Of a stretch of DNA of 46,183 nucleotides, positions 37,678 to 46,183 are shown one piece after another (position 1 is the stretch's first letter; each line of letters starts with the position of its first letter). The notes under the pieces are model-generated. The model saw only the letters and a program-made list of their open reading frames with translations, searched no databases and was not told where the DNA came from. Source of the DNA: a virus (taxonomy: Duplodnaviria; Caudoviricetes); the IMG/VR virus record IMGVR_UViG_3300044854_000014, positions 1-46,183 of that record, one strand, 5' to 3'. A program made the position numbers and the translations under genes.

Positions 37678-37860
37678 ATGATGCCGAGCGTTTCGAGGGC
37701 ACAGGCCGGATTCATGGCGATGAGCAAGACCGCGGCGGGCCGCGCCAAGCTGCGGGCGCACGGCAAGAAGCCGGCGCCGGAGAAAGTCGCCAGCGAGTAC
37801 CAGGCGGCCGACAAGGGCCGCAAGATCGGCAAGCTGGCCAAGCACGTGAAGAAAAAATAG
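37678..37860 (+). CDS. Small basic protein
   Basis: MPSVSRAQAGFMA...VASEYQAADKG...KHVKKK, a common phage head-module peptide. Confidence 0.7.
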   Translation: MMPSVSRAQAGFMAMSKTAAGRAKLRAHGKKPAPEKVASEYQAADKGRKIGKLAKHVKKK

Positions 37861-37871
37861 GCGGTGCGTTG
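37861..37871 (+). promoter_or_regulatory. Late-promoter motif (copy 6), capsid operon
   Basis: Exact motif upstream of the structured MCP leader. Confidence 0.75.
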
Positions 37872-37906
37872 ATCCGCCGACCGGTGCGGACGCATGTTCC
37901 GCGCCC

Positions 37907-38063
37907 ATGAGACCCCGGAGTAGCCGGACCCCCGCAAGGGACAAGTCGCGGCTCGGGCAGAAGTAGACGGCCCCCGTCAAGGACAAGGCTGAAGGTTGAT
38001 GGCCCCTGCGCAGCCGCGCGGACACGGCCGATGACGTTCATCTCCTGATCCGACGGGAAAGCC
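37907..38063 (+). ncRNA. Structured 5' leader of the major capsid gene (three hairpins sharing a C/ACAM internal loop)
   Basis: Hand-folded hairpins at 37922-37953, 37969-37990 and 38000-38030. Confidence 0.55.
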
Positions 38064-39017
38064 ATGTCCGAGAATCTGCCGAAACTTTTCACGACCCAGT
38101 TTTCGAGCCTCCTGAAGATCAACCTGCAGCAGTCCGAGTCGATGCTGCGCGGGAAGGTCATGGAGGGCTCCCACGTCGGCAAGCAGGCGTCGCCGGTTCA
38201 GTATGTCGGACCGGTGCAGGCCAAGACGCCGCAGGGTCGCTTCGCCCCCCTGGTCCCGGCCGTCGAAGATTTCAGCCGCCGCTGGGTGGTCCCGGTCGAC
38301 AAGGACGTCGGTCCTTCGATGATCGACACCTTCGACAAGCTGAAGACCGCGATCGATCCGACCTCCGAATATGCCGCGGTCCATGCCGCCGCCGTCGCCC
38401 GTGAATGGGACGACCGCATCATCGCATCCGCGTTCGGCACCGCGCTGCTCGGCGATGGCAACATCGGCGGCACGTCCGGCGGCGTCTTCACCAGCGAGAC
38501 CTTCAACACCGGCTCGACCGTCACCGGCGCCGGCTACCAGGTGCCCTCGACCTTCGGCTCGACTGCGGCCTGCGGCCTCACCGTGCAGAAGATGATCGAG
38601 GCCAAGCGCGCGCTGCGCAAATTGCAGGTGCCGCAGAGCGAGCCCAAGACCTGGGTCACGAACAGCCAGGGCGAGTCCGATCTGCTCAATCAGGTGCAGG
38701 TGGTCTCGACCGAGTTCAACGATCGCCCGGTCCTGACCGACGGCACGGTGACCCGCTTCCTCGGCTTCGACATCGTCTACTCCGAGCGCCTGTCGAGCGA
38801 CGGCGCGACCCGCCAGAATATGGCCTTCGTGAAGTCCGGTCTCTACCTCGGCCTCTGGATGGACATGCAGACCAACGTCAGCCAGCGCTTCGACATCACC
38901 GGGCTGCCCTATCAGATCTACACCATGATGTCGTCCGGCGCGACGCGGCTGGAGCCTGGCCGGCTTCTGCAGGTCATGTGCGCCGACTCCTCGGCCGCGG
39001 CCGACGTGACCCCGTAA
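38064..39017 (+). CDS. Major capsid protein
   Basis: QFSSL...LQQSESMLR, IDTFDKLK..DP.S.Y, R..D..I, and L..G.V.RFLGF motifs of the BPP-1/T7-like MCP family. Confidence 0.92.
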   Translation: MSENLPKLFTTQFSSLLKINLQQSESMLRGKVMEGSHVGKQASPVQYVGPVQAKTPQGRFAPLVPAVEDFSRRWVVPVDKDVGPSMIDTFDKLKTAIDPTSEYAAVHAAAVAREWDDRIIASAFGTALLGDGNIGGTSGGVFTSETFNTGSTVTGAGYQVPSTFGSTAACGLTVQKMIEAKRALRKLQVPQSEPKTWVTNSQGESDLLNQVQVVSTEFNDRPVLTDGTVTRFLGFDIVYSERLSSDGATRQNMAFVKSGLYLGLWMDMQTNVSQRFDITGLPYQIYTMMSSGATRLEPGRLLQVMCADSSAAADVTP

Positions 39018-39027
39018 GGAGACCGCA

Positions 39028-39567
39028 ATGACTGTCGAAGCCCTGAAATCCACGTCGATCACCAACCTCGACGCCAATCCCGTCGTCGCCAACACGGCCG
39101 GAGAGGGCGCCCCCGCGGTCCAGTACGTGCAGAGCGAATACGTCACCGTGTCGGCCTCGGCCTCGGTCGGCTCGACCTACCGCATGATCCGCCTGCCCAC
39201 GACCGTCAAGATCAAGGAGCTGATCCTTGAGAGCGAGGCGATGGGCGCCGGCGCGATCAACCTGTCGGTCTACTACAGCGACAGCACCACGGACGGCACT
39301 GCGGTCGCCAATCAGGGCATCATTGTCCCGACCACCGGTGACCAGTTCTTCGCCAGCGACATCAACCTCGCCTCGGCCCAGAACAACGTCCAGGTGATCA
39401 ACGAGAGCGGCAACAACGGGCTGGCCAACCGCAATCTGCCGCTGTGGCAGGCGCTGGCGCTGACCTCCAACCCGGGCGGCTTCTTCGACATCGTCGCGGT
39501 GGTCCACACCACCGCCATCACCACCGGCGCCGCCAAGCTTGGGCTGCGCGTCAGCTACACGATGTGA
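39028..39567 (+). CDS. Putative capsid decoration/cement protein
   Basis: Beta-rich 179-aa protein directly after MCP. Confidence 0.65.
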   Translation: MTVEALKSTSITNLDANPVVANTAGEGAPAVQYVQSEYVTVSASASVGSTYRMIRLPTTVKIKELILESEAMGAGAINLSVYYSDSTTDGTAVANQGIIVPTTGDQFFASDINLASAQNNVQVINESGNNGLANRNLPLWQALALTSNPGGFFDIVAVVHTTAITTGAAKLGLRVSYTM

Positions 39568-39570
39568 CGC

Positions 39571-39813
39571 ATGGCAGCGGTCAACTACTACCTCGGACTG
39601 AAGCGCGGAGCGCCATTCAACGTGCACAACGTCTCCGCGGCGACGACGTCGGCTGGCACTGCCGCCGATGTCGAAGTCCGCATCCAGATCAATGACGGGG
39701 CCAATGCCACCGGAATCACCCGTCTTGATGTTCAGAAGCTCCTCGAGATCATCGAGGCGTTCGTCGAAGGCGGTGGCCGCAACCACGACGGGCAGTTTCT
39801 GCCGCCGCTTTAA
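39571..39813 (+). CDS. Small virion-module protein
   Basis: Coupled ORF. Confidence 0.6.
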   Translation: MAAVNYYLGLKRGAPFNVHNVSAATTSAGTAADVEVRIQINDGANATGITRLDVQKLLEIIEAFVEGGGRNHDGQFLPPL

Positions 39814-39841
39814 CCCTCAGCAGAGGATCTAGGAGAAAGAA

Positions 39842-40486
39842 ATGACTGATATCGTCACTGCCTCTGTCAAGGGCATCGTTCGCAACCCGGCCGCGGCAAC
39901 GATGGCCATCAGCACCGAGGCACAGCTCCCGCTCACCGAGCACGGCGCGGTGCAGACGGCTGACGTCCATGGCAAGTGGTTCGAAGCCAACTACCGCGGC
40001 AAGCTGTTCACCGCCAACGTCACCGCCGTCACCATCCCGGTGATCGCGTCCGGCCTCGTCTCGGTGTTCACGCTCTGGAATCCTCCGAGCTCCGGCGTGG
40101 TCGGCGAGATCGTGTCCACGCAGATCGGACAGGTGATCGCGGCAACCGTGGTCGATGTCGTCGCCTGGTACTCCTCGACCCCGGCCGCGACCGCCGCCGG
40201 CACCTTCACCACCCTGGGCACCACGCGCTCTTGTCAGGTGCAGGGCGCCCCGGCCAACGCGATCAAGTTCTACTCGGCCTACACGCACTCGCTGACGCCG
40301 TCGCGCGAGGATATCATCGCCTCGTTCGGCGCCACCACCAACACGACCGCATCGGCGATCGAGAAGCTGCACGACGGCCGCCTGCTTCTGCCGGCCGGTG
40401 TTGCCATGTCGGTCGCAATGTCGACCGCCGCCGGCACCACCTCCGGCCTCGACATCCAAGCGACCTGGGCGGAATGGCCGGCCTGA
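39842..40486 (+). CDS. Thr/Ser-rich putative virion protein
   Basis: SD aggag; beta-sandwich-like sequence containing TLWNPPSSG. Confidence 0.65.
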   Translation: MTDIVTASVKGIVRNPAAATMAISTEAQLPLTEHGAVQTADVHGKWFEANYRGKLFTANVTAVTIPVIASGLVSVFTLWNPPSSGVVGEIVSTQIGQVIAATVVDVVAWYSSTPAATAAGTFTTLGTTRSCQVQGAPANAIKFYSAYTHSLTPSREDIIASFGATTNTTASAIEKLHDGRLLLPAGVAMSVAMSTAAGTTSGLDIQATWAEWPA

Positions 40487-40512
40487 TCTGGCGCAGAGTC
40501 CTCGAAAGGAGT

Positions 40513-40548
40513 AAGGGGGTGGTGCTTCGGCATCGCCCCTTTTTCTTT
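40513..40548 (+). terminator. Intrinsic terminator with a cUUCGg loop
   Basis: aagggggtggtgc-ttcg-gcatcgcccctt followed by tttcttt. Confidence 0.85.
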
Positions 40549-40559
40549 GAGGTGTCCGC

Positions 40560-41642
40560 ATGATCTCAGCCCACGGCAATGATGCAGTGATCGACGCGCT
40601 GGAGAAGCTTCTGGCGCACGCGCGCCGCGGCAAGGCCGGCTACCTGATCGCCGTGATGGTCACCGACGGCGAGAAGCCGACAGGCGGCTGGTTCGGCTCG
40701 CCACCGCTGGAGCGCTCGGCCATGGTTGCGCTCGAGCAGATGGCCGGGATGATGGAGCGGACCATCGTCAACAAGACGATGCCGCCAGCGCCCGCCGCCC
40801 CGGCTGATCAGGTGTGTTACAACGTCCCGATGTCCCCGTGCAGCTACGACTTCATCCACTGGCTGGTCGATGCCGAGATGACCCGGATCGCCGAGGGCGC
40901 ACCGGCCCCGCTGAAGGTCTGCTTCTGGTTCGGCCGCGACGGCAAGACCGGGCTTGAGGATCCCTGGCGGCGCGGCATGCTGGAGAACGTGATGCGGCCG
41001 GCGCTGGCCCTGATCGGCGCGGTCGAGGACAACCCCACGGCGATCAATGGCCGCTGCAAGATGGAGTTCGGGTTCAAGGACGTGGTCGACGGCGCCCGCC
41101 GCGGGCTGACCGTGCCGCGATTCCGGGCTCCGAAAGAATGGCCATACCAGGGATTTTCAGGCGGGGCAGTCACCATCACGTTGCGGGAGGCGAAGCAGTG
41201 GCCGCACCGAAATAGCGACCGAAATGCTTGGCTGAAATTTGCCCATCACCTGCGCGCGCTTGGCGAGTTGGTGGTCATCATTCGGGATACTGCATATGCG
41301 GACGAGGGGCTTGATGTTTTCCCCACCTGCCCGGGAGCATCGTACGATCTGACCATCCGCGCCGCGCTCTACCAGTCGGCCAAGATGAACTTCTTCGTCT
41401 CCAATGGCCCGGCGACGCTGGCGTTCTTCAGCGAGTGGTCGTGGACCATGTTCCTCAAGATCGAGCCGGACGGCCATCCCTACGCGCCGAACACCCCGTC
41501 ATTCTGGCGGGAGCAATTCGGCATGGAGGTCGGCGAGCAGTTTCCCTGGGCCCGGCCGGACCAGCGGATCGTCTGGAAGGGCGACGATTACGAGAACCTG
41601 GTCGAGGCCTGGGAGGCGATGAACCCCGCGGTTCCAGCCTGA
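40560..41642 (+). CDS. Putative GT-B glycosyltransferase (GT9-like C-terminal half)
   Basis: VTITLRE...RNS...WLKFA..L...G..VV...RAALYQSAKMNFFVSNGPATLA resembles GT9 K.W...A..L...A.L.IGNDSGP.HLA. Confidence 0.5.
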   Translation: MISAHGNDAVIDALEKLLAHARRGKAGYLIAVMVTDGEKPTGGWFGSPPLERSAMVALEQMAGMMERTIVNKTMPPAPAAPADQVCYNVPMSPCSYDFIHWLVDAEMTRIAEGAPAPLKVCFWFGRDGKTGLEDPWRRGMLENVMRPALALIGAVEDNPTAINGRCKMEFGFKDVVDGARRGLTVPRFRAPKEWPYQGFSGGAVTITLREAKQWPHRNSDRNAWLKFAHHLRALGELVVIIRDTAYADEGLDVFPTCPGASYDLTIRAALYQSAKMNFFVSNGPATLAFFSEWSWTMFLKIEPDGHPYAPNTPSFWREQFGMEVGEQFPWARPDQRIVWKGDDYENLVEAWEAMNPAVPA

Positions 41643-41652
41643 TCCGCATGCG

Positions 41653-41663
41653 GCGGTGCGTTG
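41653..41663 (+). promoter_or_regulatory. Late-promoter motif (copy 7), tail operon
   Basis: 44 nt before ATG 41697. Confidence 0.75.
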
Positions 41664-41696
41664 CTGGTCCCGGGTCGGGCCAGCATCGTCCGCGCC

Positions 41697-43004
41697 ATGC
41701 CCGAGTTCACGACACCGACGGATATTGGAAACCGTGCGGCGCAGCACTGCGGCGCCGAAATGATGGACCCGGTCCTCGGTTTTACCGAGGTCTCCAAGGT
41801 CGCCAAGCAGATCAGTTCGGTCTACGGCAAGCTCCGCCAGGCCGAGCTCGAGCGCAACGTCTGGACCTTCGCCACCCGCCGCGCCGCGCTCCGGGCGATC
41901 GACACCAACACGATGCTGCTGGTCCCGGCGGCCTGGGTATCGACCACGACCTATTTCAACGGTTCGATCGTCGATGACGGCTCCGAGACGCTGTGGATCT
42001 CGCGGATCCAGAACAACCTCGGCAATCAGCCGCAGAACTCCACGACCTGGGAGCCCTATTTCGGGCCGATGACGGTATCGCTCTACGACTCCACGACCAC
42101 CTACTATTCGGGCGAGCTGGTCTACACCACCGCCGGCGATGGTAAGAGCAGGGTCTATCTGAGCCGGATCACCGGCAACTCCGACAATCCGGCGACCGCC
42201 ACGGCGTGGTCATCGACCGTGACCTACAATACCGCCGACGTCGTCACCTATCAGTCGGTCGCGTATCAGAGCCTGATCGACCTCAACACCGACCAGACGC
42301 CGAGTTCGTCACCTGCGCTCTACAGCTCCGGGACGACCTATTCAGTCGGCCAGCGGGTCTACGATTCTGCCACGGGCCTGATCTATCAGTCCGCCACCAA
42401 CGGCAACGTCGGCAACACTCCATCGACTGACGGCGGAGCCCATTGGACCGACACCGGCGTGCTGTGCCCATGGACCACCGTCTTCACGGCCGGCACCGGC
42501 TCCAAGAACTGGCTGCAGATCGGCGGGGCCGAATTTCCGGAAGGCGTCGGCCTCACGACGATGAACATCGTCTATCCGCTCGGATCCAGCCCCTCGGCGA
42601 ACCCGACGACGCTGAATGTCTATCGCCGTCCGGCCGGCTTCCTCCGTGAGGCGCCGCAGGATCCCAAGGCCGGCTCGGCGTCTTGGCTTGGTGCTCCGAC
42701 CAATAGCATCTACAACGACTGGCTGTTCGAGGGCGACTACATCCTGACCCGCTGCGTCGGCGTGATCGTGCTGCGCTTCGTCGCCGACGTGCAGGACGTC
42801 AGCAAGATGAAGGCGCTGTTCTGCGAATGCCTCGCCGCGCAGATCGCGCTCGCCGTCTGCGAGCCGCTGACCAACCTCACCACGAAGCTGACCACGATCG
42901 CGCAGATCCTGAAGAAGAAGGAATCGGAGGCGATCACGATCAACGCGATCGAAACCGGAAGCGAGGAATCGCCTCTGGATGACTACCTAGCCTGTCGAGG
43001 CTGA
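41697..43004 (+). CDS. Tail tubular protein A (gp11-like adaptor) with inserted CBM5/12-like repeats
   Basis: DIGNRAA...Y...R..EL....WTFATRR N-terminus and LF...LAA.IA C-terminus flank four W/Y-S.T.TY..G..V repeats. Confidence 0.8.
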   Translation: MPEFTTPTDIGNRAAQHCGAEMMDPVLGFTEVSKVAKQISSVYGKLRQAELERNVWTFATRRAALRAIDTNTMLLVPAAWVSTTTYFNGSIVDDGSETLWISRIQNNLGNQPQNSTTWEPYFGPMTVSLYDSTTTYYSGELVYTTAGDGKSRVYLSRITGNSDNPATATAWSSTVTYNTADVVTYQSVAYQSLIDLNTDQTPSSSPALYSSGTTYSVGQRVYDSATGLIYQSATNGNVGNTPSTDGGAHWTDTGVLCPWTTVFTAGTGSKNWLQIGGAEFPEGVGLTTMNIVYPLGSSPSANPTTLNVYRRPAGFLREAPQDPKAGSASWLGAPTNSIYNDWLFEGDYILTRCVGVIVLRFVADVQDVSKMKALFCECLAAQIALAVCEPLTNLTTKLTTIAQILKKKESEAITINAIETGSEESPLDDYLACRG

Positions 43005-43006
43005 CG

Positions 43007-46000
43007 ATGGCGAACTCGTCCTTCGTCCAGACCTCGTTCCTCGCTGGGGAAATCTCGCAGGCCGCGCAGGGCCGTCTCGACCTGCCGTCCTACAAGATGT
43101 CGCTGAACGTCTGCTTCAACCATGTGATCCTGGAAACGGGCGCGGTCCAGCGGCGGCCGGGGACGCGGCATGTCGCAATCAATCGCGGCGGCGGGCAGGG
43201 GCGCCTGATCCCGTTCACGTTCACGCAGAACTATCCCTACAACATGGTGTTCACCGACGGCTTTCTGCGGTTCACCAACGGCTCGTCGCTGGTGATGACC
43301 AACGATGCGCAGGCTGTGGTTGCGATCTCCTCGGCAAGCCCAGCCGTGGTGCAGACCACGACCGCACACGGCTGGTCGACCAATAATTCGGTGATGTTCA
43401 ACGGGCTGTCGACGAACAATCCGTTGCTGCAGAACCGGCCGTTTATCATCACCGTGGTCGACCCGACGCATTTCTCGATCGCCGATGCCATCACGGGTGC
43501 CGCGATCGACGGCTCGACGCTGGGCACATTCGTCTCTGGCAACGTCACCCGCATCCTCGAATTCGCGACCATCTATACCGGCACGTCATGGAGCACGGTC
43601 CGCTCGGTGCAGGCCGAGGCGAGGACCGTGCTTCTCAACGGCCAGCATCCGCAAGTTCTGGAGGTCGCGACCCCGCCGACGAGCTCGGCGTTTGCGACAT
43701 TCACGCTGTCGTCCGCGGACTTCCTCGATGGTCCTTATCTCGATCCGATCCCGGGATCGATCGCAACCCCAGTCGGAGGAACAACGACCGCGACCGGAGG
43801 CCTCAACGGCGTGATCACGTTGAGCTTGTCATTCCAGCAATGGGACTCGACGCGAGCCTATAATATCGGAGATTTTGTCTCTGACGGCGGCATCGGATAT
43901 CGATCGCTGATCTCGCCGAACCAGGGGCACAGCCCTGCGTTTTCGCCGTCGCTGTGGGCGCCGGTCAACGGCGGCGCGGCAATCAACAATGGCGCCGGCT
44001 TCCAGCCGTCGGATATCGGGCGGCTGGTCCGGCTGTTTTCCGAGCCGTTGCTATGGGACTCGGCGCAGGCCTATAGCGCAAAACAGATTGTGGCCTATCC
44101 CGACGGTGAGGGCGGCTATTCGTATTGGACCGCCACCGGCTCGATCGGCGCCGGCATCCAGCCGGGCACGTCGCCGCTCTGGGCAGTCAACGCCACTGCG
44201 GCCCGATGGACATGGGGCCAGATCACTGGCGTGTCCGCCGCTGGACTCATCTCCTCCGTATCACCGATAGGAACTCTCACCGGCGGCGGCGGCCTCGCCG
44301 CAGCGTTCGATGGCAACACGGCAAAGGGCTTCAGCTCATCTGCTACACTCACGCTGGCCACGGCGACATTACCGGTATGGAGTCCGACAGTCTGGCCCGC
44401 AGGCACGAGCTGCCAGTATCTCGCTATCCAGTACAGCGCCGCAATTACGGTCGTGCCGAGCAGTGCGCAGCCACAATGGGACTCGAGCCATGGCTACGCG
44501 GCTGGGTCAATCGTTCAATACAATTCGTATGTGTATCAGGCAGCTACCAACGTGCTCTTTGGAGTTGCTCCAGGAACCTCATCAGCATGGGTTGCCATTC
44601 AGGTGATCAGCACGACGCCGCCGCTGTCGGCGCAGACGATCTGGGCATCTGGCGTCAACGAGGTCAGCCCGCTCATAGACACGTACGTCGGACAGCATTA
44701 CCCGAGCGGAGCTGCGATCGGTTCGGCCACGATCTATCCGACGATAGATGTCGGATATGCGAACGTGCCGGCGGCAAATCCGACTTGCATCATTACGTTG
44801 CGGGGCAAGGCGACCGCTCCATCAGCGCCGTCTGACGGGACCGTTCTCGGAACAACTCTTACCGCGACCAATACTTCGGCGCCGATAACGTTTGTTTCCG
44901 CCGACCAGACAACGGCATGGAAATATGTCTGGTTCGAGATAACGGTTCGATATGACCAGCCGCTGCCTGATGACGGATCGCACGTCTTCACGATGAAGAT
45001 CGGCGCCAGCCAAGTCCAATTCTTCACGCCTACGATCAGCAATGGCTCGGTGGCCACCGTGCAGATCAGGGGGCCAGAGTTGCTCTACAATCTTCCGGTT
45101 CGCACATGGCGCGCTGGCGTCTATAGCGACGGCACGGGCTGGCCGACCTGTGGCACATATCACGAAGGTCGCATCTGGCTTGGCGGCGTGGTCTCGAACC
45201 GCTTCGATGCCTGTGCATCGAACGGGCTGAGCGGTGCGCAGCTGAACTTTGCGCCGACCGCACCGAACGGCGCCGTTACCGAGAGCAACGCGATCAGCTA
45301 CATCTGCACCGGCGAGAGCTCCAACCAGATCCTGTGGATGAAGCCGGACCAGCAGGGCATCCTGTTCGGGTCGCAGGCAGGCGAGTGGCTGATCTCGGCG
45401 CCGTCACAGGGGCCGCTGTCGCCGACCAACATCAAGGCGGTCAGGGTCACCAAGATCGGATGCGCCAATATCGAGCCGCAGCGCGCCGAGCATACGCTGC
45501 TGTTCGTGCACAAGTACGGCCGCAAGGTCATGGAGTATTTCGCCGACGTCTATTCCGGCAAGTTCTCGGCGCCGAACCTGTCCAAGCACGCCAAGCACAT
45601 GACCGTGAGGGGGATCGTCGAGATCGCCTACCAGCAGGAGCTGACGCCGACAATCTGGGCGCGACGGACCGACGGGGCGCTGATCGGCGCGATCTATCAG
45701 CGCGATACGCTGACGACATCGCAGGGGCCGAACATCATCGGTTGGCACCGCCACCAGCTCGGCTCCGGCCGGCTGCTGGAAAGCCTGTGCGTCGGCCCGT
45801 CGCAGGGCGGCAACCTAGACTCGCCGTCGATGATCACCAACGACACGGGAACCGGCGTTCGCCATATCGAGGTGATGACCGATATGCTGGACGAAGGCTT
45901 CGCCCTGACGGATTGCTTTCTCCTAGACAATGGGATCATCCCGACCAGCTATCTCGTGCAAGCCGCGCCGACCGGCGGCGACTTCGGATCGCTGGTGCTC

Positions 46001-46183
46001 CGCGGGCTGTGGCCGCACAACGGCAAGACTGTCACTGCGTTCGTCGCCGGGCTGGATTGTGGCGACTTCACCGTGTCGAGCGGATCGATCACGATCCCGT
46101 TCGGCGACGGCATTTCGAGCGGCGCCGGCTCCGGCCTGCTGACCGCGGCGCTGGTCAACTCGTTTGTGACGCTGCCGGCGGTA
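43007..46183 (+). CDS. Tail tubular protein B (gp12-like nozzle), about 1178 aa including the part at 1-487
   Basis: Missing from the ORF track because it is open at the window end. Hand-translated MANSSFVQTSFLAGEIS...GAVQRRPGT, later GWPTCGTYHEGRIWLGG and IGWHRH; carries FCCH-like and CBM-like inserts. Confidence 0.88.
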   Translation, partial: MANSSFVQTSFLAGEISQAAQGRLDLPSYKMSLNVCFNHVILETGAVQRRPGTRHVAINRGGGQGRLIPFTFTQNYPYNMVFTDGFLRFTNGSSLVMTNDAQAVVAISSASPAVVQTTTAHGWSTNNSVMFNGLSTNNPLLQNRPFIITVVDPTHFSIADAITGAAIDGSTLGTFVSGNVTRILEFATIYTGTSWSTVRSVQAEARTVLLNGQHPQVLEVATPPTSSAFATFTLSSADFLDGPYLDPIPGSIATPVGGTTTATGGLNGVITLSLSFQQWDSTRAYNIGDFVSDGGIGYRSLISPNQGHSPAFSPSLWAPVNGGAAINNGAGFQPSDIGRLVRLFSEPLLWDSAQAYSAKQIVAYPDGEGGYSYWTATGSIGAGIQPGTSPLWAVNATAARWTWGQITGVSAAGLISSVSPIGTLTGGGGLAAAFDGNTAKGFSSSATLTLATATLPVWSPTVWPAGTSCQYLAIQYSAAITVVPSSAQPQWDSSHGYAAGSIVQYNSYVYQAATNVLFGVAPGTSSAWVAIQVISTTPPLSAQTIWASGVNEVSPLIDTYVGQHYPSGAAIGSATIYPTIDVGYANVPAANPTCIITLRGKATAPSAPSDGTVLGTTLTATNTSAPITFVSADQTTAWKYVWFEITVRYDQPLPDDGSHVFTMKIGASQVQFFTPTISNGSVATVQIRGPELLYNLPVRTWRAGVYSDGTGWPTCGTYHEGRIWLGGVVSNRFDACASNGLSGAQLNFAPTAPNGAVTESNAISYICTGESSNQILWMKPDQQGILFGSQAGEWLISAPSQGPLSPTNIKAVRVTKIGCANIEPQRAEHTLLFVHKYGRKVMEYFADVYSGKFSAPNLSKHAKHMTVRGIVEIAYQQELTPTIWARRTDGALIGAIYQRDTLTTSQGPNIIGWHRHQLGSGRLLESLCVGPSQGGNLDSPSMITNDTGTGVRHIEVMTDMLDEGFALTDCFLLDNGIIPTSYLVQAAPTGGDFGSLVLRGLWPHNGKTVTAFVAGLDCGDFTVSSGSITIPFGDGISSGAGSGLLTAALVNSFVTLPAV
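46057..46183 (+). repeat. 127-nt exact copy of positions 1-127 (circular assembly overlap)
   Basis: ttgtggcgacttcacc...ctgccggcggta is present at both ends, and the reading frame is continuous across the join. Confidence 0.97.

Larger units (their letters stand above)
1..46183. mobile_element. Complete temperate podovirus genome (circular assembly), probable Alphaproteobacterial host
   Basis: Terminase, portal, scaffold, capsid, tail tubular, ejection, lysis, integrase, CI/Cro and replication genes are all present; the ends overlap by 127 nt; no host housekeeping genes seen. Confidence 0.95.

Overview
The window is an apparently complete, circularly assembled temperate podovirus genome of about 46 kb. 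The first 127 nt are repeated at 46057-46183, and the tail-tube B gene runs across that join. High GC and the gene content point to an Alphaproteobacterial, probably Hyphomicrobiales, host (inference). The head and tail module resembles BPP-1/P22/T7-type podoviruses: terS, terL, portal, scaffold, MCP, decoration proteins, tail tubular A/B and three ejection proteins. The control region is lambdoid: tyrosine integrase with xis and attP, Bet, a short CI, Cro, CII-like, RusA, and O/P-like replication genes with iterons. Lysis uses a GH25 endolysin and a holin. The most unusual signals: (1) the only tail-fibre-like gene and the adjacent SGNH esterase both begin with Sec-type signal peptides and follow a late-promoter motif; (2) a GT9-like glycosyltransferase sits among Ser/Thr-rich virion genes; (3) carbohydrate-binding-like repeats are inserted in both tail tubular proteins; (4) a 7-copy GCGGTGCGTTG motif lies at near-fixed distance from mostly leaderless starts; (5) the capsid leader has three hairpins sharing a C/ACAM internal loop; (6) accessory genes include a CtrA-like DNA-binding domain, a TGT/DpdA-like enzyme, an RMF-like peptide and an orphan HigA-like protein. 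All family assignments come from motif recognition by eye; no searches were run.
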